From positions 85,126,001 to 85,190,000 of the forward strand of contig NC_042999.1 in NCBI RefSeq assembly GCF_006345805.1: a DNA stretch of 64,000 nt. The letters run 5' to 3'. The notes beneath the pieces were generated by a model. The model did not search any database. It was not told the origin of the DNA and saw nothing but the letters and a program-made list of their open reading frames with translations. Below are positions 24,898 to 36,875 of this stretch, one piece after another; the stretch's first letter is position 1; the number at the start of each line of letters is the position of its first letter. The DNA comes from Octopus sinensis. Its lineage: Eukaryota. Position numbers and translations under genes: made by a program.

Positions 24898-25616
24898 TAC
24901 GTCACGATGTATATACCGCTACTGTATATAACTCACTTTGATATTTATCATTGTTTGATTTCACTTTTTCAATATCAGCGACAGTGGACGCTGGAAAAAG
25001 TATAAGTATTTGTGAAGGAAATCTAATTCTCGGCGACAACTATGATTGTCACACGCTGACGAGAGGTCAATACCTCGAAACTCGAGTCCGTGTGTATCAT
25101 AAGTTGAAGACGGGAAGGATGACTTCCCTTTGCAAATACTGACAGGACACAGATAGTGTGTCTATGGCCAGCTGGAGGAGTGTGTCCTCCTGGGGCTAAA
25201 AACTACAGTAGCATCCACCCTTAGGGGTTAGCCATATTGAAATGGCAAAAATACGTCACGATGTGTTACCGCTGCTGTATATAACTCACTTTGATATTTA
25301 TCATGTTTGTTTGATTTCACTTTTTCAATATCAGCGACAGTGGACGCTGGAAAAAGTATAAGTATTTGTGAAGGAAATCTAATTCTCGGCGACAACTATG
25401 ATTGTCACACGCTGACGAGAGGTCAATACCTCGAAACTCGAGTCCGTGTGTATCATAAGTTGAAGACGGGAAGGATGACTTCCCTTTGCAAATACTGACA
25501 GGACACAGATAGTGTGTCTATGGCCAGCTGGAGGAGGAGTGTGTCCTCCGGGCTAAAAACTACAGTAGCATCCACCCTTAGGGGTTAGCCATATTGAAAT
25601 GGCAAAAATACGCCAC
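24898..25616 (+). repeat. Family B hammerhead tandem repeat (356-bp unit, two copies)
   Basis: Near-identical units with hammerheads at 25050-25094 and 25406-25450, embedded in (TA)n. Confidence 0.9.
25050..25094 (+). ncRNA. Canonical minimal type I hammerhead ribozyme
   Basis: CACACG-CTGACGA-GAGGT-CAAT-ACCTC-GAAACT-CG-AGTC-CGTGTG; GUC cleavage triplet ends at 25088. Further copies at 25406-25450, 33252-33296 (-), 33604-33648 (-), 33960-34004 (-), 34300-34344, 34653-34697. Confidence 0.92.
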
Positions 25617-25729
25617 TATATATATATAATATATATATAATATATATAATATATATATATATATACACAATATATATATATCATAGTTATATGTATATAG
25701 ATATATGTATATATATTGACATATGTATT

Positions 25730-27192
25730 AAAGTGTTTGAAAGAGTGTTAAGATCAAGGATAGCTGACTTCCTGGAGACCTAGAAACTCCTAAATTCAAA
25801 TCAGCATGGCTTTCACTGTGGCAGGGACTGTCTAACACAGCTCTTACACCACATTGAAGATGTACTCAAAGTCTTGGGAACAGGTTCGAACTCTTACGTC
25901 ATATATCTTGACTTCAGTAAAGCGTTCGACAGGGTAGACCATAACATCCTACTCTCAAAATTGGCAAATGTTGGAATCCGTGGAAAACTTCTACACTGGA
26001 TTAAATATTTCCTGGCGAATAGAACACAACATGTTGTAGTTGATGGAGTCCACTCAAACCCAGCAAAAGGCACCAGCGGTGTTCCCCAGGGAACTGTTTT
26101 GGGTCCGCTACTCTTCATAATTTACGTAAACGACCTTTCCAGTGTCGTACATTACTGCAAAGTGAAAATATTCGCTGATGACACTAAGCTCCAGCAAATC
26201 GTCAATGAAGAAGCAGACCGAACTCAACTCCAGTCTGATCTATATGCTGTGAGTCAATGGGCAGACAGAAACAAAATGCAACTGAATGAGGGAAAATTTG
26301 AGCTGATGCATTTTGGAAGAAATTCCTCACTAAAACAACCATACTCTCTTCCTTCAGGGGAACCGCTCACAGCCTCTAACAATATCAGAGACCTGGGTGT
26401 AATTGTTGATGACGATCTCAGTTGGAGTGCACACATCAACAAGAAGGTCGATATAGCCCGTAGGATGAGTTCCTGGATCTTAAGAACTTTCCGGTCTAGA
26501 GAACAAGGTGTCATCATACCACTTTTTCCCTCCTTTGTACGGCCACACCTTGAATACTGCTGCCCACTGTGGTCTCCTCACACAAGACAAAACATCTCCA
26601 GAATTGAGTCACCCCAGAGGGCTCTCACTAAACAAATTGAAGGCATGGCTGCTCTCGATTATTGGGATCGCCTTAAAGCCTTAAAACTTTACTCCCTCCA
26701 GCGTCGCCGTGAGCGGTACATCATTTGTACGATGTGGAAAATATACCGCCAACTTTGCCCAAACGACCTAAACATTAGCTTCAAGGTTCATCCAAGGCTT
26801 GGACCAAGGGCTATACGTCCCCTGCCAAATTCAAGATCACAACATACATGTACACTGCAACATAATTTCTTTTCCTCAACAGGCCCTGCCCTATTTAACA
26901 TTGTCCCGAGGGAGATCAAAGAGGAAAAGGATCCCATCAACTTTAAACAGAGTCTGGATAGATTCCTTCAAAGAATACCAGATAAGCCACCCATAATTGG
27001 ATACAACTCACCCAACAAGAACTCACTACTTGAACAAAACTGGATACAACTCACCCAACAAGAACTCACTACTTGAACAAAACTTGACTTAAACAGGATT
27101 CGAATAATCCTATCAGGTGGTGCTATTAAGTTAGACATGGCCTGGACCAATCTTTGGTCGAAACATATCTAAGTTTATCTAAGTCTAAGTTT
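25730..27192 (+). mobile_element. 5'-truncated CR1/L2-like LINE (RT ORF 25874-27076)
   Basis: YLDFSKAFDRVDH, SGVPQGTVLGPLLF, IFADDTK, RPHLEYC, LYSLQRRRERY; 3' tail of CTAAGT-like repeats. Confidence 0.92.
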
Positions 27193-27214
27193 ATATAGAT
27201 ATATGTATATAGAT

Positions 27215-28602
27215 ATTAATTGTTATCGCCATATTAATATGGCATTCTTATAGATATAAGAATAATCGCTGCCATGGTCAGCACCATGTATCAATATTAA
27301 TTGTTATCGCCATATTAATATGGCGATAACAATTAATTTCCAGTAAACGCTGCCGTAATGTCTTTTATAGAGACTTAGTAATTTTAAGATTTCTATTATT
27401 GAAAACAAGTGGATGTATTCCACTGAAACTAGGTAAATATAAGCCTTCGAACAGCGACGTCAATGGCGACACCTGCGGGTCTGACTGCGCTACATTGACA
27501 AGGGGCAATACCCCGAAACACGTCTGTAGCTGTCGGACTGGCAGTGTGAAGCGGCTGACCTCCCATGTTCGAAGGTTATAATGGATACAGATCGTGTATC
27601 AATAGCTATCTTGATGGCGGTGGCCTCATGGAGCTGACCATGGCAGCGATTATTCTTATATCTATAAGAATGCCATATTAATATGGCGATAACGATTAAT
27701 TTCCAGTAAACACTGCCGTAATGTCTTTTATAGAGACTTAGTAATTTTAATATTTCTATTATTGTATATAGATATATGTATATATATTTCCATATAACCT
27801 TCGAACAAGGGAGGTCAGTCGCTCCACACTACTTGACCGGCAGCTACAGACGCGTTTCGGGGTATTGCCCCTTTTCAATGCAGCGTAGCCAGCCAGTAGG
27901 TGTCGCTTCCGACAATCTCTGTTCGATGGTTTTATTTACCTAGTTGAAAACAAGTGGATGTATTCCACCGAAACTAGGTAAATAAAACCATCGAACAGAG
28001 ATTGTCGGAAGCGACACCCACTGGCTGGCTACGCTGCATTGAAAAGGGGCAATACCCCGAAACGCGTCTGTAGCTGCCGGTCAAGTAGTGTGGAGCGACT
28101 GACCTCCCTTGTTCGAAGGTTATATGGATACAGTTTGTGTATCAAATAGCTAACTTAAGGCGATGGCCTCATGGAGCTCATAAGCGGACAGCTTTTTTCT
28201 TATTTTTATAAGAATGCCATATTAGTATGGCGATAACTATTATTTTCCGGGAACGCTGCCGCTGTTCTCTTTTAGAGAGACTTAGTTATTTTAATATTTC
28301 TATTATTGAAAACAAGTGGATGTATTCCACCGAAACTAGGTAATAAAACCATCGAACAGAGATTGTCGGAAGCGACACCTACTGGCTGGCCTACGCTGCA
28401 TTGAAAAGGGGCAATACCCGAAAGCGTCTGTAGCTGCCGGTCAAGTAGTGTGGAGCGACTGACCTCCCTTGTTCGAAGGTTATATGGATACAGTTTGTGT
28501 ATCAATAGCTAACTTAAGGCGATGGCCTCATGGAGCTAATAAGCGGACAGCTTTTTTCTTATTTTTATAGAATGCCATATTAGTATGGCGATAACTATTA
28601 TT
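27215..28602. repeat. Family A hammerhead arrays: variant A2 (27215-27772) and family A (27789-28602) with an internal strand flip
   Basis: A2 hammerhead 27489-27530: GCTACA-TTGACAA-GGGG-CAATA-CCCC-GAAAC-AC-GTC-TGTAGC. The family A copy is on (-) at 27843-27884, then on (+) at 28033 and 28395. Confidence 0.88.
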
Positions 28603-28694
28603 TTATATGTATATAAATATATGTATATAGATATATGTATATAGATATATGTATATATATATATGTATATATATTATATGTATATAGATATACG

Positions 28695-28743
<49 letters not shown>

Positions 28744-28890
28744 ATATATATTATGTATATAGATATATGTATATGGATATATGTATTATATTGACATATA
28801 TATATATATTGATATATACAGATATATGTATATATATATATATATAAATAGATATATGTATATAGATATATGTATATATATATATATATA

Positions 28891-28934
<44 letters not shown>

Positions 28935-30640
28935 ACTTTGATACTTTGATAGGTTTCGGCCATTATTGGCCCAGGCCATGTCTAACTTAATAGCACCACC
29001 TGGTGAAGTCTTTCAAGTCAGAATTTGGGCACTATGGCCCACTCAAGTAGAGAGTTATTGTTTACAGAGACATATCCGGGTGTAGGGGGTTTATCCGGGA
29101 TTTCTTGAAGGAATCTGTCCAAAGACCTCTTGAACCCTATAGGGTCAGTTTCTGTTTTAATGTGTTTTGGTGTAATGTCAAAGAGAGCGGTGCCAATTGA
29201 GGTGAAATAATTGTGCCGTATTGTTGTTATGAGATGAGAGTGCGATTTTTGTTTTGGGCGGATGGCGCGGGGCCCAAGCCTTGGATATACCTTAAAGGTG
29301 ATGCCAACATCATTTGGGCAATGCTGATGGAATATTTTCCACATCATGCAGATGATGTAGCGCTCACGACGACGTTGGAGAGAATAAAGTTTTAGCTTTT
29401 CTAGTCGACCCCAATAGTCGAGGCCTGTCATGCCATCTATCTTTCTTGTGATTGCCCTTTGAGGTGCTTCAACTTTTATGATACTTTGTATTGTGTGGGA
29501 AGACCACAATGGACAACAGTATTCAAGGTGGGGTCGGGCAAAAGTGGAGAAGAGAAGGATAATGGTGTGGATATCTCTCGACTGGAAAGTTCTGAGAATC
29601 CAGGAACACATTCTGCGGGCCATGTCAACTTTGGTGTTTATATGAGTGGCCCAGCTTATGTTGTTGTCCACAATTACTCCCAAGTCTCTGATGTTGTTGG
29701 ACGCCGCGAGAGTTTCACCTGAAGGAAGGGAGTATGGGAGTTTCAGGGCATCCTCTTTTCCAAAGTGGATTAACTCAAATTTATCCTCGTTCAGCAGCAT
29801 ATTGTTTTTTTCTGCCCATTGGATAACAGCCAGTAGATCTGACTGAAGGCATGTCCGGTCACTCGCCTCATTTATGATCTTCTGTAGCTTGGAATCATCT
29901 GCAAAGATTTTTATGTTGCTGTGCTTGATGATGTCATTAATGTCATTAATGTAGATGATGAAAAGAAGTGGGCCCAGCACAGTGCCTTGCGGAACGCCAC
30001 TACTGACTTTGGCTGGGTTAATCTTATTACCCCTTCAACTACAACATGTTGAGATCTGTCTGTCAGGAAAACTTGATCCATTTCAGTAACTTTCCAGAGA
30101 CACCAATGTTGGATAGTTTTTTCAATAGGATCTTGTGATCGACCCTGTCGAAGGCCTTACTGAAATCAATAAAGAAGACATCGGTGTTGCGGCCCTCTCC
30201 CAAAGCTCTCAAAATGTCATCAAAGTGATGCAGGAGCTGCGTTAGGCAGTCCCTTCCATTACGGAACCCATGTTGGTTAGAGATCAGCCGTCTGTTGCTT
30301 TCAGAAATTGGGTTATTCGAGATCTCACCACCCTCTCAAATACCTTGATGATATGAGAGGTGAGTGAGATCGGATGGTAGTTCACTGCAAGGGACTTGTT
30401 TCCTTTTTGAAAACTGGGACAACAGACTGGGGCAGAAGGTTTTTGGAATATAGCCAGCATCCAGTGAGTTTCTCCACAGATTAGCAAGAGGAGATGCAAG
30501 TTGGTGTCGACACACCTTCAGGACACAGCAGGGAACCTATTGGGGCCTACTGCTGAATTGTGTTTTATTTCGTTTATCGCCGCTAAGACCAGGGGCACTA
30601 AACGTTATGTCCGATATAGTGTGCTGGGGGTTGACATCAC
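28935..30640 (-). mobile_element. 5'-truncated CR1/L2-like LINE, paralogous to 25730-27192
   Basis: ORF 29018-29980 (LGPLLFIIYIND, IFADDSK, RPHLEYC), upstream NYHPISLTSHIIKVFE; the same 3' UTR and an ATCAAAGT repeat tail. Confidence 0.9.
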
Positions 30641-30675
30641 TGATACATATATAATATATATATAATATATATATA

Positions 30676-30734
<59 letters not shown>

Positions 30735-30805
30735 TATATATGTATATATATATATATATATAATAATATATATATATATATGTGTATATATATTGATAAC
30801 ACAGA

Positions 30806-30844
<39 letters not shown>

Positions 30845-30921
30845 ATATATATATTTTATATATATAGTATATTATATACATATTTTATATATTTGATTAT
30901 ATATATATAATATATTATATA

Positions 30922-31009
<88 letters not shown>

Positions 31010-31010
<1 letters not shown>

Positions 31011-31171
31011 CTGCGTGGCAAGTAGCTTCCTAACCAACCACATGGTTCCGGTTCAGTCCCACTGCGTGGCATCTTGGGCAAGTGTCTTCTACTATAGCCT
31101 CGGGCCGACCAAAGCCTTGTGAGTGGATTTGGTAGACGGAAACTGAAAGAAGCCCGTCGTATATATGTATA

Positions 31172-31223
<52 letters not shown>

Positions 31224-31245
31224 ATGTGCGTTTGTGTGTCTGTGT
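31010..31245 (+). mobile_element. SINE family 1 fragment (others at about 32960-33045 -, 35173-35495 +, 36160-36510 -, 41925-42380 +, 45630-45895 -)
   Basis: Shared GGTTCAGTCCCACTGCGTGGCA...GAGTGGATTTGGTAGACGGAAACTGAAAGAAGCCCGTCG core. Confidence 0.8.
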
Positions 31246-31544
31246 TACGCACAGGGTTCGATCTAATCGACTTAATCACTTTGTCTGTCCTTGTTTGTCC
31301 CCTCTATGTTCAGCCCCTTGTGGGCAATAAAGAATTAAGAAACGTTAGCACGCCGAGTGAAATGCTTAGCAGTATTTCGTCTGCCGCTACGTTCTGAGTT
31401 CAAATTTCGCCGAGGTCGACTTTGCCTTTCATCCTTTCAGAGTCGATAAATTAAGCACCAATTATACACTGGGGTCGATGTAATCGACTTAATCCCTTTG
31501 TCAGTCCTTATTTGTCCCCTCTGTGTGTAGCACCTTGTGGGCAG

Positions 31545-32960
31545 TAAAGAAATAAGAAAAACAAGTTTACTTTTTCTCCTAGACTAGTGGTGGGGAAACT
31601 TTTTTGTAAAAAGTTTCCAGAGTAAAAGGTTTGCGGGCGAATCACAAGTTCTAACTCTGTGTTACTCATGTATATATGTATGTATAAGTCGATATACATT
31701 AATAAAGATAAGTTTGACATTAAATTAACGCGTAACATCTTCATTAACACCGCCACTGAATTTAGGACGTTAATATTACTTATTCTTTATATTTCAGCTA
31801 GAGAGTAGTTGGGTCTCAAGGGGGTGGTACAAACCTAGCGGTGTGTGTTTTATAGTGAAAACAAAATTTTCGTACAAATGGCAATTACCGGACGATTTTC
31901 TGTCCGAGTTTAACCGTTTTAAGTCGTAGTGGACACGTGACCTATGTCGCAAGTAGACATACGAATATTGTACAAATTTTATAATTGAAAAATTTACTAT
32001 ATCTTGTACATACGAATATACCAAACTTCGGGAGCAATAAAATGCACTTGCGGGTGAAATTGCGCCCGCGACGTGGATTTCACTTCCCCTTTCCTAGACT
32101 GTAAACGCCGATCAAATTGTTCTCCTCATTCGAACTACGAATTGCTTTACCAATGAGAAGGTGGTGAGCTGGCAGAAACGTTAGCACGCCGGGCGAAATG
32201 CTTAGCTGTATTTCGTCTGCCGCTACGTTCTGAGTTCAAATTCCGCCGAGGTTGACTTTGCCTTTCATCCTTTCGGGGTCGATTAAATAAGTACCAGTTA
32301 CGCACTGGGGTCGATATAATCGACTTAATCCGTTTGTCTGTCCTCGTTTGTCCTCTCTGTGTTTAGCCCCTTGTGGGTAGTAAAGAAATAGGTATTTCGT
32401 CTGTCTTTACGCCCTGAGTTCAAATTCCACCGAGGTCGACTTTGCCTTTCATCCTTTCGGGGTCGATAAATTAAGTACCAGTTGCGTACTGGAGTCGATC
32501 TAATCGACTGGCTCCCTCCCCCCAAATTTCAGGCCTTGTGCCTAGAATAGAAAAGAATTGCTTTACCAATGACACTACACGCACAAAAATTCTTTCTCTC
32601 TCTTTCTCTCTTCCTCTCTTTTAATATTCATTGTATTATATTGGTCGACGAACTGCAGAATCGTTAGCAAGCTGGCATAATACTTAGCGGCATTTTTTCC
32701 CGTCTACATGATCTGAGTTGAAAATCTGCTGAGGTCGACTTTGTCTTTCATACTTTCGGAGTTGATAAAATAAGTACCAGTTGAAGATTGTGGTCGATGT
32801 AATCGACTTACTCTATCTCGATCTTGCTAGCCTTGTGCTAAAATTGACACCAATTATTTATTGCATTGTATTAACATCGTAAATTTCACCATAAAACAGT
32901 TTTTCTTATTTGTTGTAACAGGTGGATAGTTTTTATGCCATACTATACTACTACTACTAC
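31545..32960 (+). repeat. 1.4-kb direct duplication, second copy at about 37270-38690
   Basis: Near-identical sequence; paired ORFs 31794-32024/37525-37755 and 32325-32525/38056-38256 differ at few residues. Confidence 0.9.
32165..32860 (+). mobile_element. Cluster of tRNA-derived SINE family 2 copies (others at about 14780-14910, 31340-31560, 37060-37290, 37895-38590, 44730-45125, 58600-58730)
   Basis: Shared GAGCTGGCAGAAACGTTAGCACGCCGGGCGAAATGCTTAGC...GAGTTCAAATTCCGCCGAGGTCGACTTTGCCTTTCATCC...GTCGAT.TAATCGAC sequence. Confidence 0.8.
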
Positions 32961-33044
32961 TCTACTACACTAGCCCAAGATGCCACGCAGTGGACTGAAC
33001 CCGGAACCATGTGGTTGGTTAGGAAGCTACTTGCCACAGCAGCG

Positions 33045-33090
<46 letters not shown>

Positions 33091-34902
33091 GTGACGTATT
33101 TTTGCCATTTCATGGCTAACCCCTAAGGGGGGATGCTACTGTAGTTTTTAGCCCCAGGAGGACACACTCCTCCAGCTGGCCATAGACACACTTTCTGTGT
33201 CCTGTCAGTATTTGCCAAAGGAAGTCATCCTCCCGTCTTCAACTTGTGATACACACGGACTCGAGTTTCGAGGTATTGACCTCTCGTCAGCGTGTGACAA
33301 TCATAGTTGTCGCCGAGAATTAGATTTCCTTCACAATACTTATACTTTTTTTTCCAGCGCCCACTGTCGCTGATATTGAAAAAGTGAAATCAAACAATGA
33401 TAATATCAAAGTGAGTTATATACAGTAGCGGTAACACATCGTGACGTATTTTTGCCATTTCAACATGGCTAACCCCTAAGGGTGGATGCTACTGTAGTTT
33501 TTAGCCCCAGGAGGACACACTCCTCCAGCTGGCCATAGACACACTTCTGTGTCCGTCAGTATTTGCAAAGGGAAGTCATCCTTCCCGTCTTCAACTTGTG
33601 ATACACACGGACTCGAGTTTCGAGGTATTGACCTCTCGTCAGCGTGTGACAATCATAGTTGTCGCCGAGAATTAGATTTCCTTCACAAATACTTATACTT
33701 TTTCCAGCGCCCACTGTCGCTGATATTGAAAAATGAAATCAAACAATGATAAATATCAAAGTGAGTTATATACAGTAGCGGTAACACATCGTGACGTATT
33801 TTTTTGCCATTTCAACATGGCTAACCCCTAAGGGTGGATGCTACTGTAGTTTTTAGCCCCAGGAGGACACACTCCTCCAGCTGGCCATAGACACACACTT
33901 TCTGTGTCCTGTCAGTATTTGCAAAGGGAAGTCATCCTTCCCGTCTTCAACTTGTGATACACACGGACTCGAGTTTCGAGGTATTGACCTCTCGTCAGCG
34001 TGTGACAATCATAGTTGTCGCCGAGAATTAGATTTCCTTCACAAATACTTATACTTTTTCCAGCGCCCACTGTCGCTGATATTGAAAAAGTGAAATCAAC
34101 CATGATAAATATCAAAGTGAGTTATTACAGTAGCGGTAACACATCGTGACGTATTTTTGCCATTTCAACATGGCTAACCCCTAAGGGTGATGCTGTGTTT
34201 TTAGCCCCAGGGACACACTCCTCCAGCTGGCCATAGACACACTTTCTAAAGTATAAGTATTTGTGAAGGAAATCTAATTCTCGGCGACACTATGATTGTC
34301 ACACGCTGACGAGAGGTCAATACCTCGAAACTCGAGTCCGTGTGTATCATAAGTTGAAGACGGGAAGGATGACTTCCCTTTGCAAATACTGACGGACACA
34401 GAAAGTGTGTCTATGGCCAGCTGGAGGAGTGTGTCCTCCTGGGGCTAAAAACTACAGTAGCATCCACCCTTAGGGGTTAGCCATGTTGAAATGGCAAAAA
34501 TACGTCACGATGTGTTACCGCTACTGTATATATACTCACTTTGATATTTATCATTGTTTGATTCCACTTTTTCAATATCAGCGACAGTGGGCGCTGGAAA
34601 AAGTATAAGTATTTGTGAAGGAAATCTAATTCTCGGCGACAATTATGATTGTCACACGCTGACGAGAGGTCAATACCTCGAAACTCGAGTCCGTGTGTAT
34701 CATAAGTTGAAGAGGGAAGGATGACTTCCCTTTGCAATACTGACAGGACACAGAAAGTGTGTCTATGGCCAGCTGGAGGAGTGTTCCTCCTGGGGCTAAA
34801 AACTACAGTAGCATCCACCCTTACGGGTTAGCCATGTTGAAATGGCAAAAATACGTCACGATGTGTTACCGCTACTGTATATAACTCACTTTGATATTTA
34901 TC

Positions 34903-34905
<3 letters not shown>
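33091..34905. repeat. Family B hammerhead tandem array: three units on (-), flip at about 34247, two units on (+)
   Basis: Hammerheads at 33252, 33604, 33960 (-) and 34300, 34653 (+); flanked by (TA)n on both sides. Confidence 0.9.
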
Positions 34906-34951
<46 letters not shown>

Positions 34952-35134
34952 TGTAATATATAGTATATATATATATAATATATATATATATATTATAAAT
35001 GTATATATACATTGATATACACAGAATATATAATATATATATATAATAATATATATATTTTATATTTAGTATATTTATACATATTTTATATATATTGATA
35101 TATATATATATATATTATATATATAATATATATA

Positions 35135-35174
<40 letters not shown>

Positions 35175-35324
35175 CTGCGTGGCAAGTAGCTTCCTAACCA
35201 ACCACATGTTTCCGGTTCAGTCCCACTGCGTGGCATCTTGGTAAGTGTCTTCTACTATAGCCTCGGGCCGACCAAAGCCTTGTGAGTGGATTTGGTAGAA
35301 GGAAACTGAAAGAAGCCCGTCGTA

Positions 35325-35402
<78 letters not shown>

Positions 35403-35952
35403 GTGTGTGTGCGTTTGTGTGTCTGTGTTTGTTCCCCTAGCATTGCTTGACAACCGATGCTGGTGTGTTTATGGCCCCGTTACTTAGCGCTTCGGCAATT
35501 ACCTTGAGATGTATAATATATTTGTTTTAATCTTTTGTGCCCATTATTTCAATGAGCTTGTTAAACTTTTTATACTCTCAACATCTGTTGTCACCAAAGA
35601 ATGTATATTTATATGGATTATAGTACTCTGTGTCAACCAATATTCTGTGCATGTTTGAATATACAGATACAATACCAATATCAATTCCTTTTGGAAACTA
35701 TCTAAGTATGTCTTTGAGAACGATTATTATGTAATCTTTTGTGCCCAATATTTTAAGGAACTTGTTGAACTTTTTTATGTCATTACATGTCCCTGTTACC
35801 AAAGACTGTATATATGTAATAGCATTTGCAACAACCAATAATTACGCAAGCAACCAACTTCCACATGTTACTTTTGACAATTTTTTTCCAAAGAGTTGAA
35901 ACCGGTAAAGTAAAATAAAAATCTTTTAAATTGCATTTTCAAACCTTCTTTC

Positions 35953-35986
<34 letters not shown>

Positions 35987-36778
35987 ATATATATATATAT
36001 ATATATATATATCTATATATATATTATATATATATTATATTTTTCCATTCGAGGTAATTTTATATATATATATATATATATGTATATATAAATTACCTCG
36101 AATGGAAATTTTCTAACGGATAATTTTCTTACATATATATCCTTTAACCTTTATTTATTCAGAGGCGCCGCCTTGAAAAATCTTAGTCGAACTAATCGAC
36201 TCCAGTACTTATTTTTTTGTAAAGGCTGATACTTATTCTATCAGTTCCTTTTGCCGAAGCGTTAAGTTACGGGCATGTGAACACACCAACAGCGGTTGTC
36301 AAGTGGTGGTGGTGGTGGTAAGGGCCTAACACACACACATACACACAAACACATACACACAATTCTGTCTACCGAATCCACTCACAAGGCTTTGGTCAGC
36401 CCGAGTCTATAATGGAATACACTTGCCCACGGTACCACACACTGGGTCTGAACCCGGAACCACTTAGCAGGGAGGCAAACTTCTTACTATACGGCCACGC
36501 CCGTATGTATACAATATTACATGCACTTATATATTAAATGACTATTGACATAAAATTCGATTTCAGTGTATGCCTGTGCAGCTTGCCCCGAACACCTGTT
36601 TAGTTTTATTACATGTTTGTTTGTTTGCATGTATGTATGTATGTATGTGTGTGTATGCATGTGTATGTGCATATAAACACAATTACGCACACTCACACGC
36701 ACATATACCGTACGCAACTACCCACGAGTGTATCTGTGCGTTTGTGTGTGTGTGTGTGTGTGTATGTATGAGAGAGAA

Positions 36779-36875
<97 letters not shown>

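Noticed and set aside
33091-34905. Regularly spaced repeats as a possible CRISPR array
   Set aside because: Whole ~355-bp units repeat with no unique spacers, the context is eukaryotic and there are no cas genes.
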